Of a stretch of DNA of 64,000 nucleotides, positions 28,604 through 38,106 are shown piece after piece. The notes beneath the pieces were generated by a model. That model saw only the letters and a program-made list of their open reading frames with translations, was not told the DNA's origin and did not search any database. A program made the position numbers and the translations under genes. The stretch comes from Dehalococcoidia bacterium (GTDB lineage Bacteria; Chloroflexota; Dehalococcoidia; UBA2979). The stretch is from positions 3,424,001 through 3,488,000 of the forward strand of contig OZ253555.1 in the NCBI GenBank assembly GCA_965262725.1. Direction: 5' to 3'. The first letter of the stretch is position 1; each line of letters begins with the position of its first letter.

Positions 28604-29425
28604 CTAGACTCCCGAATCTTGCAGGAACGCGAGGATCGCCTGCGCCCACGGCTCCGGGTCGCGGTTCTCCAGGCGCACGCCACGCGAGCGCGGGATCGTG
28701 GCGAGGAACTTCTCGTGAGCGCGCCCGCGCTCGCTGTCCTCGGTATGCATCACCAGGGTCGGAGCCGCGATCGTGGGAGTCGCGTCCCACGTCTCGTAGC
28801 GGCACATCGCGTAGGTCGCCGCGCCCTCCCAGCCGGTGGAGCCGTAGACCTCCGCTCCCTCGTCCGAGTTGACCATCAGGTTGCTGACGAGCCACTCGGT
28901 AACCCGGCCGAGGTCCGCGCCCTCGCGGTTCCCGCCCACCTTGTTCCACAGCTCGATCAGGTGACTCCCGTCCGGCTGCTCGGGGATGTAGCGGTGGACA
29001 CGCTCGTGGACGGCGCGTCTCGCCGGCGTGTTCCAGTTGAAGACTTCCTCCACGACTAGCCTGTCGACCCGGTCCGGCCAGCCCGCCGCGACCTCGAGGG
29101 CGATCTGCGAGCCGGTCAGCAGGCCGTAGACGTTCGCCTGCTCGAGTCCGAGACCATCGAGCAGCCACACCACCGCCTGTGCGAACTCGGTGAGCGTCGT
29201 GTAGGGGGCGGGGGGCCGGTCGGACTGCCCGAAGCCCATCGTCGACATGGAGATGATGCGAGCATCGGCGGCGAGCAGCGGAGCGACGTCCCTGAACGCC
29301 ATGCACGTGCCGGGCGTCGGGTGCAGCATCACGAGCGGATCGCCCGTGCCCATCTCGAAGTACTCGATATTCCCGTGTGGGCTCAGCACGAATCCGCGCT
29401 TCAGGCCCGCTGCCGCCGTCACCAT
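28604..29425 (-). CDS. Alpha/beta hydrolase-fold protein
   Basis: PLVMLHP, MGFGQSDRP, VYGLLTGSQIA elbow, PTLVMH. Confidence 0.85.
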   Translation of the reverse strand: MVTAAAGLKRGFVLSPHGNIEYFEMGTGDPLVMLHPTPGTCMAFRDVAPLLAADARIISMSTMGFGQSDRPPAPYTTLTEFAQAVVWLLDGLGLEQANVYGLLTGSQIALEVAAGWPDRVDRLVVEEVFNWNTPARRAVHERVHRYIPEQPDGSHLIELWNKVGGNREGADLGRVTEWLVSNLMVNSDEGAEVYGSTGWEGAATYAMCRYETWDATPTIAAPTLVMHTEDSERGRAHEKFLATIPRSRGVRLENRDPEPWAQAILAFLQDSGV

Positions 29426-29481
29426 GTCGATCCTCCCCGGCTAGCGCTCTCGCCATCCTAGCTGACGGCGTAGCGGCCGCG

Positions 29482-30768
29482 TCAGGACGTACGCGAGATC
29501 CGCGACATCCCGAGCACGAAGAGGCCGAGCACGATCCCGCAGGTGCCGATGGTGGGACGGGCCCCGTACACATCGGTCAAGAGCGAGAGCGGCAGCACAC
29601 CTATCGGCAGCATCGAGAACGTCAGCATGTAGATGCTCATCACCCGCCCGTGGAACGCCGGCCGCGTCCTCGAGAGCACGGCGGTGGTGTTGAAGGAGAA
29701 GAACGCCATCGAGCAGAGGCCGACAATCACGAGCACGATGTTGGCGAGCCAGAAGTTCGGGGAGAAGGCAAAGGCAGCGAGGGCGGCACCGAAGCCGGCA
29801 CCGGCCACCACCTGGAAGTGCGGCGCGTTTTCATGGTCGGCGTAGTTCGCGACGAATAGGGAGCCGACGAGGGCGCCGATGCCGGCCGTCGTGTACATCA
29901 GTCCGAGTCCCTTCGGGTCGACCCCGAAGACCGTCTCCTGGAAGACGGGCAACAGCAGCTGGTAGGGGAAGCCGAGCACGATCGGGACCGCGGCGGTGAT
30001 GATCAGGGTGGCAACGAGCCGATTCTCGACGAAGACGTAGCGCAGGCCGCCGCGCATCTCCTCGAGCATTCCGGTAGGCGGTCGCGGCTCCGCCGGCCGG
30101 ATGTCGGCTGGACGGATCGAGGCGAGCAGTGCCACCACGCCGGTGAAGCAGACCGTCATCAATCCGTAGACCCAGGCGGCGCCAGCGGTGGCGAGCACGA
30201 CGCCCGCCACCGACGGTCCGATGATGAACGTGAGGTTCATGGCGGTGTTATTGAGGGCGATGGCGTTGCCGAGATCGCGCTCCTCGACCAGCTGCGGGAT
30301 CAGCGCCTGACGGGCCGGCCCGAGGACCGAGAACATCGTTCCCTGCCAGAGAGCCGCCAGAAAGAGGTGCCAGATCTCCAGGGCGCCGAACACGATTAGG
30401 AGCCCGACCGAGAGACCCATCACGCCCTGCCCCGCCTGGACAGCGATCAGCAGGCGGCGGCGATCGTAGCGGTCGGCGATCACGCCGCCGACGAGCGAGA
30501 GCAAGAGCATCGGCCCGGCCCAGCCGAGCGTGACCTGCCCGATGGCGGTCGCAGACCCCGTGAGCTGGAAGGCGAGCCAGCCACGCGTGACGAAGTTCAT
30601 CTGGTTGCCGAGGAATGCAACCATCTGGGCGAGCCACAGCAGACGGTATCCGCGGTACGAGAGCGAGCGGAACGTGCGTCGGAAGGCGGAGGGGGCGGGG
30701 GCGGGCGGGAGCGGCGAGGCCGGAGCTGCCTCGCCACGCTCCGGCTCCAGCATGGGATCAACCGCCAT
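29482..30768 (-). CDS. MFS transporter
   Basis: GGVIADRYDRR, PARQALIP, GRVMS. Confidence 0.9.
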   Translation of the reverse strand: MAVDPMLEPERGEAAPASPLPPAPAPSAFRRTFRSLSYRGYRLLWLAQMVAFLGNQMNFVTRGWLAFQLTGSATAIGQVTLGWAGPMLLLSLVGGVIADRYDRRRLLIAVQAGQGVMGLSVGLLIVFGALEIWHLFLAALWQGTMFSVLGPARQALIPQLVEERDLGNAIALNNTAMNLTFIIGPSVAGVVLATAGAAWVYGLMTVCFTGVVALLASIRPADIRPAEPRPPTGMLEEMRGGLRYVFVENRLVATLIITAAVPIVLGFPYQLLLPVFQETVFGVDPKGLGLMYTTAGIGALVGSLFVANYADHENAPHFQVVAGAGFGAALAAFAFSPNFWLANIVLVIVGLCSMAFFSFNTTAVLSRTRPAFHGRVMSIYMLTFSMLPIGVLPLSLLTDVYGARPTIGTCGIVLGLFVLGMSRISRTS

Positions 30769-30895
30769 CGCTCCGTCCAACCCACTTGTCAGACTACACC
30801 CGCGGCCCGCACCGCGAGTGCCGCTCCGGCGGCTAGAATCATCTCCTCCCGGGCACTCGGTACGGAGCTGCCCAGGCCGCGAGAGGAAGGGACCG

Positions 30896-31378
30896 ATGGC
30901 AGACGACCCGATCAGCGCCGCACTGTCCGAACAGGTCTACGGTCTCGTCGTGATCGGCTCGATCTCGGCGGAGGGCGAGCCAAACGGGATGACCGCGAAC
31001 TGGGTCACGCAGGTCTCCTTCGACCCGCGGATCGTTGCCATCGCCGTCCAGAACGACGCGCACACCCGGCGGAATGTCGACGAGACCGGGGTCTTCTCCG
31101 TCTCGATCCTTCCCGCCGTCCCCGCGGAGCTGGTGCTGAAGTTCACTCGCCGGTCGACCAGCGGCGAGAGGCGCCTCGAGGGGGAGCCCGTCTCCTCGTT
31201 TGGGAGCGGAACCCCGGTGCTCGACGCGGCCATCGCCTGGTACGAGTGCCGTGTGGTGGACCGGGCCGAGCCCGGTGACCACGTCGTCTACTTCGGCGAG
31301 GTGACTGGCGGCGCGCCGGGGCCAGCCGAGGGTGAGGCCACGACACTCGCGGCCGTCGGGATGAGCTACGCCGGGTAG
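30896..31378 (+). CDS. Flavin reductase-like protein
   Basis: NGMTANWVTQVSFDP, GDHVVYFGEV. Confidence 0.88.
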   Translation: MADDPISAALSEQVYGLVVIGSISAEGEPNGMTANWVTQVSFDPRIVAIAVQNDAHTRRNVDETGVFSVSILPAVPAELVLKFTRRSTSGERRLEGEPVSSFGSGTPVLDAAIAWYECRVVDRAEPGDHVVYFGEVTGGAPGPAEGEATTLAAVGMSYAG

Positions 31379-31601
31379 GGACCACACGTGCGGCGGCGAG
31401 CGGGCGCGCCCACGCCGGGGACCTCTCGCGCGGCGCCTCTCGTGGCCCACTGGGATCGCGCAGTTCGGCGCGACCGGTCCTGGCTCTTCGCCTGACACTC
31501 GCCTGGCCCGCCGAGCGCCGTCGACGCGCGTCGTCCGAGCCGTCAGTCCCTTGTTGGTAGTCCACGCGGTGCTAGTGTGACGGCGCGGGAGGGGGTCGGG
31601 T

Positions 31602-32540
31602 GTGGCTCTGATCGAGACGACGAGCCTCACCAAGCGCTATCCCGCCGTCACCGCGCTCGACAGTCTCTCGCTCGAGATGGAGCCGGGCATCATCGGTCTG
31701 GTGGGGCCGAACGGCGCCGGCAAGAGCACGCTCATCAAGATCCTGCTCGGGCTGGTCGACGCGACTTCAGGCAGTGCCGAAGTACTCGGCCTCGACGTGG
31801 CGCGCGACGGGCTCCGCGTGCGGGAGCGCGTCGGATACATGCCGGAGCACGACTGCCTGCCGCCAGATCAGTCGGCGACCAACTTCGTGATCCACATGGC
31901 GCGAATGAGCGGCATCCCGCCCTCTGCCGCCCGCGAGCGCGCCGCCGAGGTGTTGCGCCACGTCGGGTTGTTCGAGGAGCGCTACCGCCACATCGGCGGC
32001 TACTCCACGGGGATGAAGCAGCGCGTGAAGCTCGCGCAGGCGCTCGCCCACGACCCCAAGGTGCTCTTCCTCGACGAGCCGACGAACGGCCTCGACCCAA
32101 GCGGGCGCGACGAGATGCTCGATCTTGTCGCCCGAACGGGGCACGAGTTCGGGATCTCGATCGTCATGTCCTCACACCTGCTCAACGAGATCGAACAAGT
32201 CTGCGACGAGCTGATCGTGATCGAGAGCGGCAAGCTGCTGCGCACCGGCCGCATCGCCGAACTCACCGACCAGACCGCCGTCCTCGCCGTGGAGGTGGAG
32301 CGGGACGCCGACCGCCTCGCCGCGACGCTCGCCGAGCGCGGTCTCGAGGTACAGGCCCTTGGACGCACTCTCGAGATCGCCGCGGGCGGCGCCGCGGAGG
32401 GCGTGCACGACACGATCCTCGGCGCCGTCGTGGCGCTGGAGCTACCGCTCGTGCGTCTCGAGCGGCGCCGCCGCACGCTGGAGGAGCTGTTCCGGCCGGG
32501 GGCCGGCCCGGCGACGCGGACGCCCGGTGACCGCTCCTGA
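31602..32540 (+). CDS. ABC transporter ATP-binding protein
   Basis: GPNGAGKST, YSTGMKQR, LDEPTNGLD. Confidence 0.93.
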   Translation: MALIETTSLTKRYPAVTALDSLSLEMEPGIIGLVGPNGAGKSTLIKILLGLVDATSGSAEVLGLDVARDGLRVRERVGYMPEHDCLPPDQSATNFVIHMARMSGIPPSAARERAAEVLRHVGLFEERYRHIGGYSTGMKQRVKLAQALAHDPKVLFLDEPTNGLDPSGRDEMLDLVARTGHEFGISIVMSSHLLNEIEQVCDELIVIESGKLLRTGRIAELTDQTAVLAVEVERDADRLAATLAERGLEVQALGRTLEIAAGGAAEGVHDTILGAVVALELPLVRLERRRRTLEELFRPGAGPATRTPGDRS

Positions 32541-33447
32541 CCCCGCGCCGAGCGGCGCGATCTACGACCTCGGTTATCAGGGCTACGAGGGACCCCGGCT
32601 CGGCCGCGCCTACGCCCTCTGGTCTCTCTACCTGCTGAGCGTGCGCAACTCATTCGGGATCGGGCGCGGGGCGCTGCCGAAGGTGCTCGCCTTCACGCTC
32701 GTGCTTCTCGCGCACGCGCTCGCCATCGTCCAGCTGATCCTCGGGGCCGTGCTACCGGTCGACGAGTTCGAGCTGGTGCGACCACACGAGTACTACCAGC
32801 TCATTCACTTCATCCTGATCCTCTTCGTCGCCGCGATCGCCTCCGACCTCGTCGGCAACGACCGACGTGCCCGCACGCTCGCGCTCTACTTCTCGCGGCC
32901 GATCGAGCGCGACGACTACGCGCTCGCCAAGATTGCCGCGCTCTCCAGCACCCTGCTCGCGCTCACCATCGCGCCGCAGATGCTGATGTTCGCGGGGAAC
33001 GCTCTCGGCGCGGCCGACGGCCTCGAGTGGATCCGGGACAACGCCGGCGACGTGCCGCGGATCCTCGTCAGCGGCCTGATCCTCTGCGTGACGTTCGGAG
33101 CGGTCGGCATCATGGTCGCCTCCTACGCCGAGCGCCGCGCCTTCTCGCTGATCAGCGTGGTGGCGATCTTCCTGATCTCCTTCACCGTCGCGGGAATCGT
33201 CGTCTCCGAGTTCGGCAACGAACAGACGCGCTATGCGCTCTTCCTCAGCCCGCTGCACGTGGTAGAGGGCTCCACGCTCTATCTGTTCGACGCTCTGCCG
33301 GCGCTGGAGGCATCCACGAGGAACGGCCCGCCCAACCAACAGGTCGCCTGGGCCGACTTCCCCACCTGGGTCTGGCCGCTCGTCTCTATCGCCTGGGCCA
33401 CGCTCGCCGCGGCGATCGTCGTACGCCGCTTCCGGGGGTCGATCTGA
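32527..33447 (+). CDS. ABC-2 type permease
   Basis: IYDLGYQGYEGPR, LALYFSRPI, six TM segments; overlaps its neighbours. Confidence 0.85.
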   Translation: MTAPDPAPSGAIYDLGYQGYEGPRLGRAYALWSLYLLSVRNSFGIGRGALPKVLAFTLVLLAHALAIVQLILGAVLPVDEFELVRPHEYYQLIHFILILFVAAIASDLVGNDRRARTLALYFSRPIERDDYALAKIAALSSTLLALTIAPQMLMFAGNALGAADGLEWIRDNAGDVPRILVSGLILCVTFGAVGIMVASYAERRAFSLISVVAIFLISFTVAGIVVSEFGNEQTRYALFLSPLHVVEGSTLYLFDALPALEASTRNGPPNQQVAWADFPTWVWPLVSIAWATLAAAIVVRRFRGSI

Positions 33448-34376
33448 TGACGACAGAGGCGGTGGCCCCGGCGATCGTGGCGCGCAACGTCTCGCGCTGG
33501 TACGGCGACGTCGTCGCGGTGAACGACATCTCGTTCTCCGTCGGGCCCGGGATCACCGGCCTGCTCGGTCCCAACGGAGCGGGCAAGAGCACGCTACTGC
33601 ACATGATCTCCGGCTTCCTGCGCCCCTCCGCGGGGGCCGTCGAGGTTCATGGCGAGGCTCCGTGGCGTCATCCCACCCTCTTCCGGCGCCTCGGGCTCGT
33701 GCCGGAGCGGGAGGCAGTCTACCCCTTCCTTGGCGCACGCGACCTCGCGCTCGCCAGCGCCCGCTTGCACGGGCTCGCCGATCCCGAGGCAGCCGCCCGA
33801 CGGGCGATCGCCCTCGTCGAGCTGGAGGACGCGCAGGACCGACCGATGGGCGGCTACTCGAAGGGGATGCGCCAGCGCGCCAAGATCGCCGCCGCCCTGG
33901 TCCACGACCCCGACGTGCTGATTCTCGACGAGCCGTTTAACGGCACCGACCCGCGCCAGCGCCTCCAGCTCATGGAGATGCTGAGGCGCAGGGCCGCCGA
34001 GGGCCGCACGATCCTCTTCTCGTCGCACATCCTCGAGGAGGTCGAGCGCCTCGCCGAGAACGTCCTGGTCGTCGTCAACGGGCGGCTCGCCGCCTCCGGC
34101 GACTTCCACCAGATCCGCCGCCTGATGACCGACCGCCCGCACGTCTTCGAGCTGCGTTCCAGCGACAACCGCACGCTGGCCGCGGCCCTCGTCGGCCTGC
34201 CCCACGTCTCGGCCATCGAGCTCCAGGACGGCAGGCTCGACGTGCGCACGACCGACTTCGGGGCCTTCACCGCCGCGATCGCACGCACGACGCTCGACTG
34301 CTCCGTCACACTCCACGAGCTGCGCCCGGCTGACGAATCGCTCGAGAGCGTCTTCTCCTATCTGGTGGGATCATGA
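33447..34376 (+). CDS. ABC transporter ATP-binding protein
   Basis: GPNGAGKST, YSKGMRQR, LDEPFNG. Confidence 0.93.
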   Translation: MTTEAVAPAIVARNVSRWYGDVVAVNDISFSVGPGITGLLGPNGAGKSTLLHMISGFLRPSAGAVEVHGEAPWRHPTLFRRLGLVPEREAVYPFLGARDLALASARLHGLADPEAAARRAIALVELEDAQDRPMGGYSKGMRQRAKIAAALVHDPDVLILDEPFNGTDPRQRLQLMEMLRRRAAEGRTILFSSHILEEVERLAENVLVVVNGRLAASGDFHQIRRLMTDRPHVFELRSSDNRTLAAALVGLPHVSAIELQDGRLDVRTTDFGAFTAAIARTTLDCSVTLHELRPADESLESVFSYLVGS

Positions 34377-35101
34377 CGCGTACGCTGCTCTCGCTCACGG
34401 CGCATCAGCTGCTCGGGCGGCGTCGGGGGTTCCTGATCGCGCTGCTGGCGCTGCTCCCGATCGGCATCGCGCTGCTCTTTCGACTCGCGGGTGACGGAGA
34501 CGAGGCGACGGACTTCGCCGCCGGCATGATCAACGGCTTCGTGTTCACGCTGCTTCTACCGATCGGCGCGCTCGTCTTCGGTACCTCTGCGCTGGGCGCC
34601 GAGATTGAGGACGGAACGATCGTCTACCTGCTGGCGCAGCCGGTCGCGCGCTGGCGCATCGTCGTCGTGAAGGCCACCGTCGCCTCCCTCGCGACGATCG
34701 CGCTCACCGTCCCCGCCGCCCTGATCACCGCCGTGATCGTGCTCGACGGCTTCGACTCCGAGTCTCTGTGGTGGGGCGCCACGGTCGCCACGGTCGCCGG
34801 CAGCATCGTCTACAGCACGCTCTTCGTCGGCCTCAGCACCATCACCGGGCGCGCGCTCATCATCGGCCTCGTCTACGTCTTCGTCTGGGAAGCATTCATC
34901 ACGAGCATCTTCGACGGCACGCGCTGGATCAGCGTCCGTGAGTACGTCTTCGCCATCGCCGATGCGCTCACCACGGCGGAGCCGGTGAGCTCCAGTCTCA
35001 CGGGCTCCCAGTCGCTGGTTGCCTCAGGGGTCGTCGTGGCGATCGCGCTTGCCGCCGGATCGCACTTCCTCCAGCGCTTTGAGATCGGCGAGCAGTCCTA
35101 G
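34373..35101 (+). CDS. ABC-2 type permease
   Basis: AEIEDGTIVYLLAQPVARW motif, hydrophobic segments. Confidence 0.87.
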   Translation: MTRTLLSLTAHQLLGRRRGFLIALLALLPIGIALLFRLAGDGDEATDFAAGMINGFVFTLLLPIGALVFGTSALGAEIEDGTIVYLLAQPVARWRIVVVKATVASLATIALTVPAALITAVIVLDGFDSESLWWGATVATVAGSIVYSTLFVGLSTITGRALIIGLVYVFVWEAFITSIFDGTRWISVREYVFAIADALTTAEPVSSSLTGSQSLVASGVVVAIALAAGSHFLQRFEIGEQS

Positions 35102-35270
35102 ACCGAACGACGTAGCCGGCCCCGCCCCCGCGCGACCGCGGTGATCGCCGTGACCGAGAGGGTGCGCTGCGGTGTCTGCTCCCCGGCGGGACGTGCCGAG
35201 GCATAGCGGACATCGACTTCCTCCTCGGTGGCTGAGTGGATCGAATACCCGGTCGGCGCCCGCGCCGGTG

Positions 35271-36221
35271 CTACTCCTCGGTGAGCGCGAAGTACCGCCC
35301 GACCGGCCTGGCGGGATCCGGTCGATAAACGTACATCCGCCCGGGAGCCAGCGCCTCTTCGTAGAGCACTTCCTCGCGGCCACCGGCGGTAACAGCCAGC
35401 GCGTAGTTGGCCGCTCCCGGCAGATAGAATCTCGCCAAGCCCCTGCGATTGGTCCTTGATCGGCTCAGACCCGCGACGACCACCTCTGCTCCGGGAACCG
35501 GATTGTCGCCGCCGTCGAGCACCAGCAGTCTCGCGGCCTGACGTGGGAGGAAGTGAACCGCAAGAAACTGTCTGAGCCGCCCGGCACGACCGGGCACGGT
35601 CCCCTCCGGCATATTGTCGAGGACATCTTTCTCGTAGCCAACCTGCTTCGGTGTGGCCCAATCGGGGCCGTACTTGAAGCGGAGGTACTCCTCGGGCGGG
35701 CTTGGGACGAGATACTTCTCGCCGATGAAGTCGACCGCGGCTAACTCCGTGAAGAGGCTGACGGGGAACGGCACTCCCGGGTAGTGTGCGATCGTCCCCT
35801 TCACGACTCGGTAGCACTGCCAATCTATTCTGATGCGGTATTTCATGATCTTCACGGAGACATATAGGCCGTCGTGGAGCACCTCAACGTAGCAGCCGTG
35901 CGCCCGAAGCGTCTCCACGGTGGGCTCGATTAGGTCCTCCGTGAAACCGTGAAGCCCTATGATCGATCCGAGATCGAGGTCATCGTCCCATGCGATCAGC
36001 GCGTGATCGCGCACCGCGCCCAGGCATGTGCCCTGGCGGAGGAAGAAGACGACACCGTGCTGTTCGAAGACCTGTCGGACTTCGCGGAGCAGCCGCTCGG
36101 CGTCCCCGAGGTCCATCGGCGGAATCGTTCGCTCAAGGTGCTCCATGAGAGCGGCGTTCTCGGCGTCGCTCTCTGCGTTGCCTGATGTCGTGGCCTCGTC
36201 GTCCCGCAGTCGTTCGATCAC
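35271..36221 (-). CDS. LicD-family phosphotransferase with C-terminal beta domain
   Basis: GTCLGAVRDHALIAWDDDLD, EEYLRFKYGPDWATP. Confidence 0.85.
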   Translation of the reverse strand: MIERLRDDEATTSGNAESDAENAALMEHLERTIPPMDLGDAERLLREVRQVFEQHGVVFFLRQGTCLGAVRDHALIAWDDDLDLGSIIGLHGFTEDLIEPTVETLRAHGCYVEVLHDGLYVSVKIMKYRIRIDWQCYRVVKGTIAHYPGVPFPVSLFTELAAVDFIGEKYLVPSPPEEYLRFKYGPDWATPKQVGYEKDVLDNMPEGTVPGRAGRLRQFLAVHFLPRQAARLLVLDGGDNPVPGAEVVVAGLSRSRTNRRGLARFYLPGAANYALAVTAGGREEVLYEEALAPGRMYVYRPDPARPVGRYFALTEE

Positions 36222-36227
36222 CGGCGC

Positions 36228-38081
36228 CTACAGCAGTGCCGCGAGCGCCTCGACGAGGACGCGATTCTCCGCCGGAGTGCGCGACGCGATGCGCAAGTAT
36301 CGGTTCGCGTCGGGCATGCTCTTTCCGGAACAATCCTTGATCAGGATGTTGTGCTCGACATAGAGACGCCGTGCGAGCTCGGGGCCCGTGGCGGTGGGAT
36401 CCGTCATCCGCCCGAGCACGAAATTCGCGTCCGACTCGACACAGTCGAGCCCTGGAAGTGCCGAAAGGTCCGTGTACAGGTCCCTGCAGATCGTTCGGGT
36501 CAACTCGCAGCTCTTCGCGAACTCGGCGCGGTACCTGCCGACGACGCGCAGGAACTCCTCCGCCAGCCCGTTGACGTTCCAGATCGGCAGGGACCGGCGC
36601 ACCCTCGTGACGAACGCCCGATCCGCGCTGAGGAGGTAGCCGATGCGGAGGCCGGCGATCCCAAATACCTTGCTCATGCTCTTGATCACCACGAGGTTGG
36701 GATATGCCGCGACGTCGCCTTCCGTGCTTCCGCCGCCGCCTGTGCGCGAGAACTCGATGAACGACTCATCGACGACGAGGCGGCAGTTGTGAGATTCCAG
36801 CAGGCGAGCGAGGCGCAGGATTTCGTCACGTGACGCGGACACGGCAGTCGGGTTGTTCGGCGTGACGACGACCGCTGTATCGGACCTCCAACGAATTGCG
36901 GACTCGGCGAATGCATCAACATCCAACGCGAACGTCTCCGGGTCAAGCGGGAAGCGGTTCAGCCCTCCGGCGTCAACCACCTCCTCGTACTCATTGAAGG
37001 ACGGCGTCGGGATCGTCAGACGCTGCACGAACTGATTGCCGAGGATCTTGATCAGCTCCGCAGCGCCGTTGGCCACCGCGAGATTGTCCGGATCCGCGCC
37101 CGTCCAGTCGGACACCAAACGCGCCAATTCCTCTTGGGCGACCGGGTAGTTCGCGACGATTTGGCGGAGGCCCGAGCGAAACCCTTCCAGCATTTCGACC
37201 GGTGGGAAGTGCATATTGTATAAGTAGGAATGGTCGGTGAACCCATACCTCCAGTAGGCGCCGTGAAGCTGCTGAATGCGGTCGAACTGCGCGCTGCGGT
37301 CGAGGAACAGGAATCGCGCAGCTTCCAGATCACGATGGTCGTCGATCTCATACCAGCGGGCCCCAGAAACATCAACCGCCGCGAGATCACTGAGCGATCC
37401 ATCGGCCACGCAGTCGCGCAAGATCGTCTCGTAATACCGATCGACATGGCCAGCGTCGATTGCCAGGCGGAGGCGAGGGAGCAGGGTCTCGCGCAGCACC
37501 CTTTCGCGCAGCAGGTAGACATTGGCAGTCTTGAATGAGTCGGAAAAGTCGAACTGAGAACCCTGATCGGCGCGGAGAATGAAGCTCGTCACGCGCTTCT
37601 CGCGATCGCACCGGACCACTGTGCCGGATAGTGCCCGGTGGTAGGGCACCACGGCAGCGCTGCTGCCGGACTCCTCGAGCAACGCCGTAATGACCGCTGC
37701 ATCCAACGCCACGTCCCCCTCGATCAGCAGGACGTCCTGGTCGAGGTAGGCGCGAGCGTGCCAGAGGGAGCGAATGTTGTTGGTCGTCTCGTAGTCGGGC
37801 GCCGTGACGTAGTGGATGTCGATGCCGAAGAAGCGAGAGCCAAAGGCGTTGCGAACAACGTCGCCCTTGTAGCCAATCACCACGACCGCCTCGCTCGTCC
37901 CCTGCGCTGCAAGCTCTCTGAGCGTGCGCTGGAGAAGCGGCTCACCTCCGACCTCGACCATGCACTTGGGGAGAGCCTCCGTCAGCGGCCGCAGGCGGTC
38001 CCCCACGCCCGCAGCAAGGACCACCGCACGGCGAATGCCCGACCGGGGAGTGCCGCAGGCCTCACTCTCTATCGGCATCAT
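36228..38081 (-). CDS. Fusion of LicC-like cytidylyltransferase and HisC/CobD-like PLP enzyme
   Basis: LAAGVGDRLRPLT..PK, TNNIRSL, WYEIDD; then PNNPT, DESF, KSMSKVFGIAGLRIGY. Confidence 0.87.
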   Translation of the reverse strand: MMPIESEACGTPRSGIRRAVVLAAGVGDRLRPLTEALPKCMVEVGGEPLLQRTLRELAAQGTSEAVVVIGYKGDVVRNAFGSRFFGIDIHYVTAPDYETTNNIRSLWHARAYLDQDVLLIEGDVALDAAVITALLEESGSSAAVVPYHRALSGTVVRCDREKRVTSFILRADQGSQFDFSDSFKTANVYLLRERVLRETLLPRLRLAIDAGHVDRYYETILRDCVADGSLSDLAAVDVSGARWYEIDDHRDLEAARFLFLDRSAQFDRIQQLHGAYWRYGFTDHSYLYNMHFPPVEMLEGFRSGLRQIVANYPVAQEELARLVSDWTGADPDNLAVANGAAELIKILGNQFVQRLTIPTPSFNEYEEVVDAGGLNRFPLDPETFALDVDAFAESAIRWRSDTAVVVTPNNPTAVSASRDEILRLARLLESHNCRLVVDESFIEFSRTGGGGSTEGDVAAYPNLVVIKSMSKVFGIAGLRIGYLLSADRAFVTRVRRSLPIWNVNGLAEEFLRVVGRYRAEFAKSCELTRTICRDLYTDLSALPGLDCVESDANFVLGRMTDPTATGPELARRLYVEHNILIKDCSGKSMPDANRYLRIASRTPAENRVLVEALAALL

Positions 38082-38106
38082 CAATCGCCCCGCCACCGCA
38101 TCGCTG

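Noticed and set aside
35178-35192. Degenerate att copy of the tRNA-Asn 3' end (GCTCCCCGGCGGGAC vs GCTCCCCGACGAGGAC)
   Set aside because: The position fits an islet border, but the match is short, gapped and GC-rich, so chance cannot be excluded
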